From: Candidatus Saccharimonadota bacterium
GTDB taxonomy: Bacteria > Patescibacteriota > Saccharimonadia > Saccharimonadales > SLHW01
DNA: 64,000 nt
Assembly: GCA_050486305.1 (NCBI GenBank)
Contig: JBJHDA010000001.1
Coordinates: forward strand, 115,071-179,070
Direction of reading: 5' to 3'
Shown: positions 27,659-36,703 of the stretch, piece after piece
How the letters are laid out: every line of letters begins with the position of its first letter
Numbering within the stretch: the first letter of the stretch is position 1
Program-made: the position numbers and the translations under genes
Notes under the pieces: generated by a model
The model's database searches: none
Seen by the model: the letters and a program-made list of their open reading frames with translations, nothing else
What the model was told of the DNA's origin: nothing

Positions 27659-27991
27659 ATGATATACGGATTACCAGAAAAACAGCCAGATAGAGAAATA
27701 AGCGTCTTAAACCGGGTTATTGTCGGGAGCGCTGCGGCGTTTGCGATTTCTACTTCGGTACTGGTAGTGTCTGATAGTGCGCAGTTCAGGCCTGACTGCG
27801 AAGAGTTTGTTAGCGAGGCGAACGAGGATAACTTTGTGTTATGTGCTACCGGCAGATTCGGATTTGGGTTCGAGACGAGTACTGATGCCGTAATCGCACT
27901 AACCAGCTTTGTCGGCTCGGGATTTTTGGGTGTTTCGGCGATTGGGTGGCGCCGCGAATTAAACAAACGCGGTGATAGCAGTAAGGAGTAA
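27659..27991 (+). CDS. Small membrane protein (2 predicted TM helices)
   Basis: Hydrophobic segments VIVGSAAAFAISTSVLVV and AVIALTSFVGSGFLGVSAIGW. It starts 13 nt after B1. Confidence 0.5.
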   Translation: MIYGLPEKQPDREISVLNRVIVGSAAAFAISTSVLVVSDSAQFRPDCEEFVSEANEDNFVLCATGRFGFGFETSTDAVIALTSFVGSGFLGVSAIGWRRELNKRGDSSKE

Positions 27992-28039
27992 CTCGCCCAG
28001 CTTTCGCTAACCGCATAAACTTCTGGTACAGTTAACCGT

Positions 28040-28378
28040 ATGAAAGAAGAAAACACGCCGGCAAATGATTTGCCACCTCAAAGATTTAGCAAAATAGTAA
28101 AATACGCCCGCTACGTATCAATCGTTATCGTATTTAGTGGTGCAGCGTTCTTCGCTTACGCGGGCTATGCGCTAAGGGATGACATCGCCGTGACCAGCCA
28201 GGTGTCGTATGTGTTCGCTGCGGTGATGGCGGCAATATTTTTGTTTATGCTGTATCCGTGGGAGCGGGCAGTGCAGACAAGGCCAGCGCTCTTTAAGGTA
28301 TTTCTGGCGCTTTCGATACTCAGTATTTTTAGTGCTTTGCAACTCCTGTTACTCGCGGCTTATTACGCCTTGCTCTAG
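28040..28378 (+). CDS. Small membrane protein (3 predicted TM helices)
   Basis: Hydrophobic segments YVSIVIVFSGAAFFAYAGYAL, VSYVFAAVMAAIFLFMLY and LFKVFLALSILSIFSALQLLLLAAYYALL. Confidence 0.5.
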   Translation: MKEENTPANDLPPQRFSKIVKYARYVSIVIVFSGAAFFAYAGYALRDDIAVTSQVSYVFAAVMAAIFLFMLYPWERAVQTRPALFKVFLALSILSIFSALQLLLLAAYYALL

Positions 28379-28451
28379 CTCATCTTAATCTGGCGTCAGC
28401 TGCAACGACAGGCTTATGCTTGTCCGTAGCAATCATAGTAAAATATATGGC

Positions 28452-28862
28452 ATGGCATTTTTAGAGCCTCTCGCATTTTGTAGCATCGAAGAATACCGTC
28501 GGCACGAGCCAGACCGTCTTGGTTTTGATGATATCGAAACCGGGGAGCTCTACACGCTCATGGCGAAACTAGACAGCACTGAGCGGCAGGCAGCCCGTAA
28601 TACGGTTCGCCTGCTGGGGGTCACGGCTACTGACAGATTGGTAACCGTCATGTTCTATGACGATAAGATGAATGACGCGCTGGAAAGAGAAGTATATTTC
28701 ACTGAGGATAATTATTTAGCACCGATTGACAAGCTAGAGATTTACGATTCGAGACACAAGCAAGCCGTCCTGATGGCAGGCCTGTATTTGCGAGATCATT
28801 TTCAGGAAATGTACGATCAAATGCTACGCGAGACAGAATCTCTACAACTAGCAACTGCATAA
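28452..28862 (+). CDS. Hypothetical protein, module gene A2 (paralog of 26497-26919)
   Basis: See A1. It also shares a C-terminal GLYLRDHFQEMYDQMLR, matching GYLRDYFDVQFGDMLR in A1. ATG 28452 chosen. Confidence 0.6.
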   Translation: MAFLEPLAFCSIEEYRRHEPDRLGFDDIETGELYTLMAKLDSTERQAARNTVRLLGVTATDRLVTVMFYDDKMNDALEREVYFTEDNYLAPIDKLEIYDSRHKQAVLMAGLYLRDHFQEMYDQMLRETESLQLATA

Positions 28863-28940
28863 AGCGGCCACTTATGGTTTGGTTTTTATACAGTGTAGGG
28901 TATATTTTAGAGACCAAAAGAATGAAGGGAGCATAACGGA

Positions 28941-29477
28941 GTGGAACGCAGAAAGTATCAGGATCAGGACAATCCGGAAGTTGCTCCATCCCGCCTGATA
29001 GGTGAAAAAAAGAGCATGAACGCTAGTTTGTTGGGCATGCTATATCGGGTGAACGGTGTTCAGTCATCACATGACGCTCTCAGACTGGAGGGCATGGCCG
29101 CTAATCCAGAGACACCGCAAGATGAGCGAAACGCCAGACTACTTGATGTCATTAATGAGTTAGGTAGTGAGTACGAGTTACTATTTCTTGAAAAAGGTGT
29201 TCGTTACTCACGTTATTGCTATCGGCGTGGAGGCCAGGACGGACGGATAGCAGTAAAGCAATTTTATCTAACACTTGTGCAAAGCGCTGGGGAGGCAGAG
29301 TGGTACGGTGCACCAGCACATGAGGCCAACTTAGAGCTTGAGTATCCGCCGCTGCCAGAAGAGGTGCATGCAGTGGATGTTCCATTCGAGTATGTGCCAC
29401 TCCACACCCCAGAAGCACTAATAGACTTTATCTACGAGCAATCCGGCGCAGTCGACAAGCTAATAACAGATGCCTAA
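28941..29477 (+). CDS. Hypothetical protein, module gene B2 (paralog of 27055-27645)
   Basis: GTG start preceded by AAGGGAG. EAEWYGAPAHEANLELEYPPLPEE corresponds to TTKWYGAPTHHVQPENEVVPLPGA in B1. Confidence 0.6.
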   Translation: MERRKYQDQDNPEVAPSRLIGEKKSMNASLLGMLYRVNGVQSSHDALRLEGMAANPETPQDERNARLLDVINELGSEYELLFLEKGVRYSRYCYRRGGQDGRIAVKQFYLTLVQSAGEAEWYGAPAHEANLELEYPPLPEEVHAVDVPFEYVPLHTPEALIDFIYEQSGAVDKLITDA

Positions 29478-29498
29478 CTGCGATATACTTTTACATAT

Positions 29499-30146
29499 AT
29501 GAGTGATTTTGCTACAGCACGGGTAGAGAGCGTATTTTTAGCCGAGCGAGCCGATGATTTTTACTCTGAGCCACGGGAATCACTAACGTTTGATCTGGAT
29601 GGCATAGCGGGCGACCAGCGTCATCGCGGCCGGACAATGGTGGCTGACGTGCGGATAAAGCCGTACCAAAAAGGCCAGGATGAGGTGCTTAATCGTCAGA
29701 CGGTATCAGTTATCGATAGTGGCAGCTTGGATGTTATTGCAGATTCACTCGAGCTGGATAGCGGGGGAATCGAGGAGCGATACGGCGTAAGCCGGCGAAC
29801 ATTTCTTGCTCAGTGCATTGGTGCGAATATTTTGTTTGATAATTTTCGTGGCAGCGAACAAATTCCTGAGTTCTATGATACGCCAAACGCAACTGATGTT
29901 GGCCCATATTGCCCGGACACGAACAAATTTTCTGCCGCCGCTCTAATGGTTACTCGTTACAATTCGCCCTGTATTCATCCTGGCAAAAAAATCGAAGCTC
30001 ACTATCCAAAGCGCGTGGATGGCCTCGCCCAGCGATTTGTCCAGGCGGCAGAAGGGAGGCGAGGCTTTGTTGCTATGGTGGTCAAGCCAGGGGTGATAGC
30101 CGTTAATGACGAAGTCATGTTCCGCCCGTTGCCCTCAGCAAGTTAG
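29499..30146 (+). CDS. MOSC-domain-like protein (tentative)
   Basis: LDGIAGDQRHRG resembles the GLxGDxxxxxxxHGG segment of YiiM/MOSC proteins, and the C-terminal VKPGVIAVNDEVMF resembles the MOSC beta-barrel end. The match is weak. Confidence 0.45.
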   Translation: MSDFATARVESVFLAERADDFYSEPRESLTFDLDGIAGDQRHRGRTMVADVRIKPYQKGQDEVLNRQTVSVIDSGSLDVIADSLELDSGGIEERYGVSRRTFLAQCIGANILFDNFRGSEQIPEFYDTPNATDVGPYCPDTNKFSAAALMVTRYNSPCIHPGKKIEAHYPKRVDGLAQRFVQAAEGRRGFVAMVVKPGVIAVNDEVMFRPLPSAS

Positions 30147-30156
30147 TTTCCTAAGG

Positions 30157-30762
30157 CTACTCGTCTATACCGTCAAAAATGCCGGCAAGTTCCTCGCCGT
30201 ACTGCTCGTTAAGCGAGGCGATGCTGATTTTTCTCGCTGCTATTGCTCCTGGGTTAAGCGCTTGTTCAGCGAGCGCTTCGGCATAGCCAACGCCGGCTTG
30301 CATAGCTTGGGGGTCAAACCTATCTCCTGGGTGAACGAACACGGCGTATGAAGCGCAGGTAGACATTTCCGGGTCATGCTTGAGCATAGCATTGCCTAAC
30401 CGCATTGCTGCTGCTGCGATCGTTTCTTCGCCTTCACCTTTGCGATAATCATGAAGGGCATCGTAATGCCCGTAAAACATCTCTTCATCTATAGCGACTT
30501 CTGATGACTTTAAGGCCACGAAGGCAAGCCCAAGACAAGCGCCGCGCTTAAATGAGCGCTCTTGTGCGGGGGACTCCATGCGTAGTGCCATGCGATGAAA
30601 ATGAGAGGGCAGTAGCACTGTGCTTGACTGTAAAATTTCTCTGCCAATGTTGACTATGAAAGACTTATCACTGTAAACGAGTAGATCTACGGCCTGCTTT
30701 ACGTGCTGGGTCTCGAGTTTCGCGTATTCCGGCTCTGGAAATGGTGCTATATTTTCAGCCAT
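30157..30762 (-). CDS. Hypothetical protein
   Basis: 201 aa minus-strand ORF with a plausible composition. No motif recognised. Confidence 0.5.
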   Translation of the reverse strand: MAENIAPFPEPEYAKLETQHVKQAVDLLVYSDKSFIVNIGREILQSSTVLLPSHFHRMALRMESPAQERSFKRGACLGLAFVALKSSEVAIDEEMFYGHYDALHDYRKGEGEETIAAAAMRLGNAMLKHDPEMSTCASYAVFVHPGDRFDPQAMQAGVGYAEALAEQALNPGAIAARKISIASLNEQYGEELAGIFDGIDE

Positions 30763-30864
30763 GTCTTTTCCTTCATCTGTTAAACTTACGGTATCAGATT
30801 ATAATTACTAATATCATAATATTGACAAAGAGTAATCCTGTGTACATAGTACAATACAAACAAT

Positions 30865-31440
30865 ATGATTGAAAGATGTGAACATGACTCTTGTGAGTTC
30901 GAAAATCGGTTGATTTACTGCAATGCTGAGGCCAGGGACAGTCAATCAGCCGAGATAGTAGCAGCTGTTATAGATGAGGTGCTGTTTGCGACGGATGATA
31001 TAACCAGCGAGCTGTATCGGTATCATACCGATGAAGAGAGCGGGGTGTCACAACGGGCCTTTATGTTTACATCAGTTGAGGGTGCCTCTAGGCAAGAACT
31101 CCAGGTTTGGCTTGCTCATAAGAGCAAGTCTACACCTTACAGCGCTGAGCTATATGATATCGAGATAGCCCGCCGATACTCGACATTAGCCGAAGACGGG
31201 CAGTATTGGCAGGCGAACCGTTACCAGCTTGATATTTACCCTACCGGCGTGGCATTCGCCACAATTCGGCGGTTTTATCCAGAGATAACAGCAAACGGTT
31301 TGTTCCGGCCGTCTGAACGCACTGAAAACATGACACCGTACGATTATCTTCAGCTATTCGAAGAGCTGACAGCGGTTTGCAGCCTGCATGACCTAGAGCA
31401 GCAGGATAAAGAGAACAGCTTCCGCGCTGCGAACCTATAA
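30865..31440 (+). CDS. Hypothetical protein
   Basis: 191 aa ORF downstream of a TTGACA-containing A+T-rich divergent intergenic region. No motif recognised. Confidence 0.5.
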   Translation: MIERCEHDSCEFENRLIYCNAEARDSQSAEIVAAVIDEVLFATDDITSELYRYHTDEESGVSQRAFMFTSVEGASRQELQVWLAHKSKSTPYSAELYDIEIARRYSTLAEDGQYWQANRYQLDIYPTGVAFATIRRFYPEITANGLFRPSERTENMTPYDYLQLFEELTAVCSLHDLEQQDKENSFRAANL

Positions 31441-32250
31441 GATTCGAAGTGTTTTTATAATATCGAGCGCTTGTTCAAAGGCGTTGGTCGATCGAAAGTA
31501 TTCTGCAGAAACCGGGTGCATCTGCAGGTCATCCTCGAGTTCTGGTGACGTATAGCCACCAGCAATAATATAGGCGTCAGCTTCACGGCCATAGTCCGGA
31601 CCAAGCGTATCGCCAGGCGAGAGCTGGAAGTTACCAGCAATCAGAAAGAAAGCGATGTGATCACTGGTATCGAGCCCAAAGTATTGCAGATTCGTGTCTT
31701 CACGTTGACCAAGCGCTGGATCGCTGTAGGTAATTGTTTGCGATGCTAACGCTGCAACGCCTCTTCCTATATAGCTACTGTCGACTTCACGGGCGCCTTG
31801 CCGGAAGTATAGTTTAAACGAGCCGTCGTCTACCTCCTGGCCGGTACGGGTTGTGTAGCTAAATGCTGGCGATTCAAGTACTACAGCGTCGTCTTGTTCA
31901 AATAGTGACCAGGTGTCAGGGTAGGTAATTTCCAGACGAGGTCTTGTGGTTCGTTCGGTCTCAAGCTCGAACGTTGAGGTTATATCTGCTCCGGCTGCTA
32001 CCAGATCATTTTCCGGGATATCTTCTTCGTTATTTGTTTGTTCTTGAGCTGTTTCATCTGGGGTATCGCTACTAGTAAAGAATAACCAGCCACCGTAGCC
32101 AATTCCTCCAAGCGCAAATAGCGCAAGGATAATAAGAACCGGTTTGGTAAAATTACGCTTGTTATGCGGAGAAGGGGGGCGATACTTGTCGTCATCGGGT
32201 AAGTCGAGCGGTTTTCCGTATATTTCATCTTCTGTTGGTTTATTCTGCAT
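31435..32250 (-). CDS. Membrane-anchored protein, unknown function (family of 19065-19820)
   Basis: N-terminal cytoplasmic tail and a TM helix (VLIILALFALGGIGYGGWLFF). The extracytoplasmic domain carries a YPDTWSLF motif. Confidence 0.6.
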   Translation of the reverse strand: MQNKPTEDEIYGKPLDLPDDDKYRPPSPHNKRNFTKPVLIILALFALGGIGYGGWLFFTSSDTPDETAQEQTNNEEDIPENDLVAAGADITSTFELETERTTRPRLEITYPDTWSLFEQDDAVVLESPAFSYTTRTGQEVDDGSFKLYFRQGAREVDSSYIGRGVAALASQTITYSDPALGQREDTNLQYFGLDTSDHIAFFLIAGNFQLSPGDTLGPDYGREADAYIIAGGYTSPELEDDLQMHPVSAEYFRSTNAFEQALDIIKTLRIL

Positions 32251-32407
32251 GCTACGTACCCTGTTTTATAGTTCTATAATACCACTGCAGCAGTAGAAAA
32301 GAATACGATTTAACGTTAATTAACGTAAGCAACACTATGATTACAAAGAACAGAAGGGTAAAAGATTAACTGTTGAGCCACGCTTAATATAAATGAAACA
32401 GAAGAGG

Positions 32408-32462
32408 AAAATATAATAATTATTATAATAAAATTATAATATTATTATAATAATGTTATAAT
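32408..32462. repeat. 55-nt almost pure A/T tract (one G), related to 5044-5086
   Basis: AAAATATAATAATTATTATAATAAAATTATAATATTATTATAATAATGTTATAAT. ATTATTATAATAA occurs twice within it, and it shares the 18-mer TTATTATAATAAAATTAT with the first tract. It runs into the ATG at 32461. Confidence 0.8.
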
Positions 32463-32664
32463 GGAAGTTATGGAATCAAAGTCATTACAAAAAGTCATTC
32501 ATGTCGGCTCTAGTATCGGCGTAACCATTCCGGCTCGTGAGGCCCGCTTTCATGGGATACAGGCTGGCGATAAGGTCCAGCTGTCTATTGTCCGAGATTC
32601 GGGTGGCAACGTGGTACTGCAAGTTATCCGTCTTTCCTGGCTGCGGCGTATATTCAGTAAATAG
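32461..32664 (+). CDS. AbrB/MazE/SpoVT-type swapped-hairpin DNA-binding protein (antitoxin-like or small regulator)
   Basis: KVIHVGSSIGVTIPAREARFHGIQAGDKVQLSI fits the SpoVT-AbrB domain pattern. At 67 aa it has no adjacent toxin-like ORF. The start may be the second ATG at 32470. Confidence 0.6.
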   Translation: MEVMESKSLQKVIHVGSSIGVTIPAREARFHGIQAGDKVQLSIVRDSGGNVVLQVIRLSWLRRIFSK

Positions 32665-32716
32665 CGTTACGTACTATTTCGCAGGCATTACGTTAACGTC
32701 ACGCGAGGGAATAGCC

Positions 32717-33298
32717 CTATTGTGCGTTAACGAGCATTTCGGTTGCCATGTGACCGAGGGCTATCGCATTGCGGTACCCAATATGAACTGCTTCGTTGTG
32801 GTGTCGTGGGTCATCTATCTGTGCTGTCAGCCGGTCGGCCAGATCGTTTAAAATGTGCTGTTCAATTGGGTCATATCGCACTTCTTCGTCTGGCATTTCA
32901 TCGTAAGCCAAATTCGTAGCGAAAGATAAAACGAAGTCACTACGGGCTTCTTCCCACATGTGGTCTGGTGTTGACAATGCTGTTTTTGTTAGTCCAATTT
33001 TACTGCCGAGCCCGTAGATGTCCTCTAGATTTTGTGCGCGGGAAGGGGACGAGGCTTTTTGGGCTGCGTATTCTTCAGCAAATCTTTCTAGTACGATAGA
33101 GCATGCTGGAAAGTATGTGACGCCGACTCTTCCGATGATATGAACGAGTCGCTCTTCTGCCTTTTTGTAGAGTTCGCCATCGAAACAAGCAAGCTCTGCA
33201 TCTACTAGTCGTGGATCGCTATCCTCGCCTATAGGAGCTAGAAGCTGGTCAACAACCTCAACTAAGGGCATTTCGCCATTTTTTACAGGTAAACTCAT
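32717..33298 (-). CDS. Hypothetical protein
   Basis: 193 aa acidic minus-strand ORF. No motif recognised. Confidence 0.5.
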   Translation of the reverse strand: MSLPVKNGEMPLVEVVDQLLAPIGEDSDPRLVDAELACFDGELYKKAEERLVHIIGRVGVTYFPACSIVLERFAEEYAAQKASSPSRAQNLEDIYGLGSKIGLTKTALSTPDHMWEEARSDFVLSFATNLAYDEMPDEEVRYDPIEQHILNDLADRLTAQIDDPRHHNEAVHIGYRNAIALGHMATEMLVNAQ

Positions 33299-33438
33299 GA
33301 CACTATCCTAAATTACGTTGTACTATGCTATAAAAATATAGAAAAATCAAGCATTGCAATAAAATTCACTCTGGTGAGTAGAATTGCTGCCAAAAATCCA
33401 ACAGCGTGGTTGTGGTGGTGCGGCTATACTTCTTGACC

Positions 33439-34272
33439 ATGCAAGACGGCAGCATGAAACACTATTCGCTTCGTGATGGCAGTGAAATACCGGCCATAGG
33501 GTTTGGAACATGGAAGCTAGCTGACGGTCCGCAAGCGTATGAGGCTACACTGCACGCTCTGAAGGCCGGCTATCGGCTTATTGATACGGCAGCACAGTAC
33601 GGAAACGAACAGAGCGTTGGGCAGGCAGTAAACGTGTCTGATGTTGACAGAGAGGACGTGTTCGTGACGACGAAACTCTGGACCAGGGATCTCGGATATG
33701 ATAGTGCGATAATCGCTTGCCAGGCGTCACTGGAGCGATTGGAGCTGGAGTATATCGACTTATATCTTATTCACTGGCCGACGCGCCCGGAACGCGTTGA
33801 AGCTTGGCGGGCTTTAAACACACTGAAGCAGGACGGACTTGTAAGGCACATAGGCGTATCGAATTTTACCCCAGAGCATATAGAAGAGCTCCGTGGGGTA
33901 GCTGAGGAGATGCCCGAGGTAAACCAAATAGAGCTGCACCCGCTGGTTTATGAGGAGCAAAAAGATATCCTGGAATACTGCACGGAAAACGATATTTTAG
34001 TAGAAGCATATAGCCCGCTCGCTCAAGGCATGGCGCTTGATAACAGTAAAGTTATGGCAATCGCCGAGCACCACAAAAAAACACCGGCGCAGATATTGGT
34101 GCGGTGGGCAATACAGCACGAGACCGTGGCGCTTCCTAAGGCGTCAACCATCGAAAAAATGATAGAAGACATTGATGTATTTGATTTTGAGCTGTCTGGA
34201 GATGAGATGCACGAATTGAACACACTGAGCAGCGGAGACCGGGTAACCTCGGATCCGCATGAAATAAAGTAA
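33439..34272 (+). CDS. Aldo/keto reductase (2,5-diketo-D-gluconate reductase-like)
   Basis: IPAIGFGTWKL, LIDTAAQYGNE, LDYIDLYLIHWP-type (YIDLYLIHWP) and IGVSNF motifs. The start is ATG 33439 or 33454. Confidence 0.9.
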   Translation: MQDGSMKHYSLRDGSEIPAIGFGTWKLADGPQAYEATLHALKAGYRLIDTAAQYGNEQSVGQAVNVSDVDREDVFVTTKLWTRDLGYDSAIIACQASLERLELEYIDLYLIHWPTRPERVEAWRALNTLKQDGLVRHIGVSNFTPEHIEELRGVAEEMPEVNQIELHPLVYEEQKDILEYCTENDILVEAYSPLAQGMALDNSKVMAIAEHHKKTPAQILVRWAIQHETVALPKASTIEKMIEDIDVFDFELSGDEMHELNTLSSGDRVTSDPHEIK

Positions 34273-34332
34273 GAGCAAGATTTTATAAAAAGCGTGATGA
34301 AACAATCCGGCCAAGCCTATACAATGGGGTGA

Positions 34333-35859
34333 ATGGATCAGGCGTTAGCGATTGAAATTTTATTAGACGGTCAGCATGTACTGCTGACCGGTCCGGCTGG
34401 CTCTGGTAAAACACATGCCCTGCGTACATTCATCAGTGAAGCGAAGCGAGAAGGGAAGGTGGTTTCCGTAACGGCGACAACCGGTTTGGCGGCTTCGCAT
34501 TTAGGCGGAACGACTATTCACTCGTGGAGCGGTATCGGCATTGCCGATGAGCTAACGGACGCTATCTTGGGCAATATGTCGAAAACTCGGCGCGATATGA
34601 TAAATAAAACCGATGTTCTTATCATTGATGAGATATCTATGCTGCATGACTATCGACTGGATATGGTTGATCAGGTGGCAAGAATCGTTCGCGAAAACCC
34701 CGATGAGCCGTTCGGAGGGCTGCAAGTTGTTTTGTGCGGTGACTTTTTTCAGCTGCCGCCAATCAGCCGTAGCGGTGAGCTGCCAAGCTCTTTTGTCGTG
34801 ACGGCTCAGTGCTGGAGTGAGCTCGACCCGGTGGTGTGCTACCTGAATGAACAGTATCGTCAGGATGATGAAGCCTATCTAGAAATACTTGAAGCGATGC
34901 GGAACAATGATGTCCGCCGACACCACGCAGAACAGTTATTGGCACGACAAGAGTTTGATGAAACTGAAGAGAACATTACTGAATTGCACGTGACGAATGT
35001 TGATGTTGACGCGATAAACGTTAAGAAGCTTGCCGAGATTGATGAGCCTGTACATACATTTGCTATGGAGACGACGGGCGGGCGGCAATATGTTGAATCG
35101 CTAAAGCGCTCCTGTCTGGCTCCGGAGACACTGGAGTTAAAGAAAGGGGCGCTCGTCATGTGCCTAAAGAATAATCAGGAAAAACGGTATGTTAACGGGT
35201 CGTTGGGCGTGGTGACTGGGTTTGATACAGAGAGCGGCTATCCAGTCGTTGAGTTAAAGAGCGGACGCAGTGTAGTCGTAGAGCCAGAAACGTGGGAGAT
35301 GCGTGACGGAACTAGAAAGCGGGCTGGCTTAACACAAGTGCCGCTCCGCTTAGCGTGGGCGATTACGGTACACAAAAGCCAAGGTATGACACTGGACGCA
35401 GCGCGGGTAGATCTGCGGCGGGCGTTCGTGGAAGGGATGGGCTATGTAGCATTATCTCGGGTGCGTAATTTACGTACGTTGAGCCTTGCGGGAATAAATA
35501 ATATGGCGTTGAAGGTAAGTCCGGAGGCGCTTTTGATTGACGAGCAGCTGCGCAATAAATCTACTCAAGACGCAAAGCACCTAGCGCACTTGCGAGAGAA
35601 GGGGGAAGCCAGAAAAGCGGCAGCGAGGACAAAAAAACGAGACACTGGACCATGGCAAGAAAAGGTGGCGAAAATGCGCCGAGAATACCCCAATGCCTTC
35701 CGGCCGTGGAAGCCTGAGGATGACGAAAAGCTCGTGAAGTTGTTTTCGGGCAAAAAGACGCTGAGCGTTGACAAACTGACGAAAGAATTTGGGCGGCACC
35801 CCGGCTCAATACGGGCACGACTAAAAAAGCATTTTGGCGAAGACGCTGTAGTAAGTTGA
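34333..35859 (+). CDS. PIF1/RecD-family ATP-dependent DNA helicase with C-terminal helix-turn-helix extension
   Basis: Walker A LLTGPAGSGKTH, Walker B VLIIDEISML, LCGDFFQLPPI and AITVHKSQGMTLD. The basic C-terminal tail carries an HTH-like segment. Confidence 0.88.
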   Translation: MDQALAIEILLDGQHVLLTGPAGSGKTHALRTFISEAKREGKVVSVTATTGLAASHLGGTTIHSWSGIGIADELTDAILGNMSKTRRDMINKTDVLIIDEISMLHDYRLDMVDQVARIVRENPDEPFGGLQVVLCGDFFQLPPISRSGELPSSFVVTAQCWSELDPVVCYLNEQYRQDDEAYLEILEAMRNNDVRRHHAEQLLARQEFDETEENITELHVTNVDVDAINVKKLAEIDEPVHTFAMETTGGRQYVESLKRSCLAPETLELKKGALVMCLKNNQEKRYVNGSLGVVTGFDTESGYPVVELKSGRSVVVEPETWEMRDGTRKRAGLTQVPLRLAWAITVHKSQGMTLDAARVDLRRAFVEGMGYVALSRVRNLRTLSLAGINNMALKVSPEALLIDEQLRNKSTQDAKHLAHLREKGEARKAAARTKKRDTGPWQEKVAKMRREYPNAFRPWKPEDDEKLVKLFSGKKTLSVDKLTKEFGRHPGSIRARLKKHFGEDAVVS

Positions 35860-36426
35860 TTATCTTCGTAAGCGCTGAAGGCCACTCGCGACACGAGCAG
35901 CTTTGTGTTCCATCTCTTCTGACCAGACTGACATCTCGTGATCGAGCTGAGCTGCGTCCTCTGGCGTGAGCTGCATTCTAACGAGGGGCTCAATTTTTTG
36001 CAGGGAAGTATCCCAGGCGTTTAAATCCTGATGCGCATAGCTGTCTAGCTGCCCGAGGGCATCCCGACGAGTTAGCTCTGACTTGATTGCGCGGCGTACG
36101 ATCCTGTCGTTTTCAAGGTCGATAAATTTGCCAAGGCAAGCAGGCAAGCCGAGTTCGCGCATGGCTTTTATCGCAAGCGATTGCAGCCCTCCTTGGCGTG
36201 ATTCCGGGTCACCGTATTCAATGGCTTCAATCGCATACCTGTCTTCAAGCAGCCCCATAAGCTGGCGATCGTCTGCGATATTTCCGTTCATTTCCGTCTC
36301 GCATCCACCTGTATATGGCTTATCTGCCACTAAATCATGCTGTCGCTGGCTGGCTGAAGGATCGGCGCATTCGGTTAAGAATACATCTCTTGGTAGTGTT
36401 TCAGCTTGTAGATCTATTGGCGCCAT
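35860..36426 (-). CDS. Hypothetical protein
   Basis: 188 aa minus-strand ORF whose stop abuts the helicase stop. No motif recognised. Confidence 0.5.
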   Translation of the reverse strand: MAPIDLQAETLPRDVFLTECADPSASQRQHDLVADKPYTGGCETEMNGNIADDRQLMGLLEDRYAIEAIEYGDPESRQGGLQSLAIKAMRELGLPACLGKFIDLENDRIVRRAIKSELTRRDALGQLDSYAHQDLNAWDTSLQKIEPLVRMQLTPEDAAQLDHEMSVWSEEMEHKAARVASGLQRLRR

Positions 36427-36703
36427 AATAAAAAAACCCGCTCAGCTGAGCAGGGCCTCCTTTATGTTTGTTGTTTGGGGGCAAACCATTTTATTTTGGT
36501 CTGTATTTATGATTTGTTTCATTACGTAGTTTTAACTACTTACCCCTAGTAATACGCCTATGTTTAACAATTGTCAATGCCAAAATTATCACAAGTAAAA
36601 AACAGTAGCTACGCGGAGCAGCAAACAAGGGAATCGCCGTATTTTCTGCTCCCGCTTTTGTGGCTGACTCACCAGGCGTGAGAAGAGATGGTATGATAGC
36701 CGT

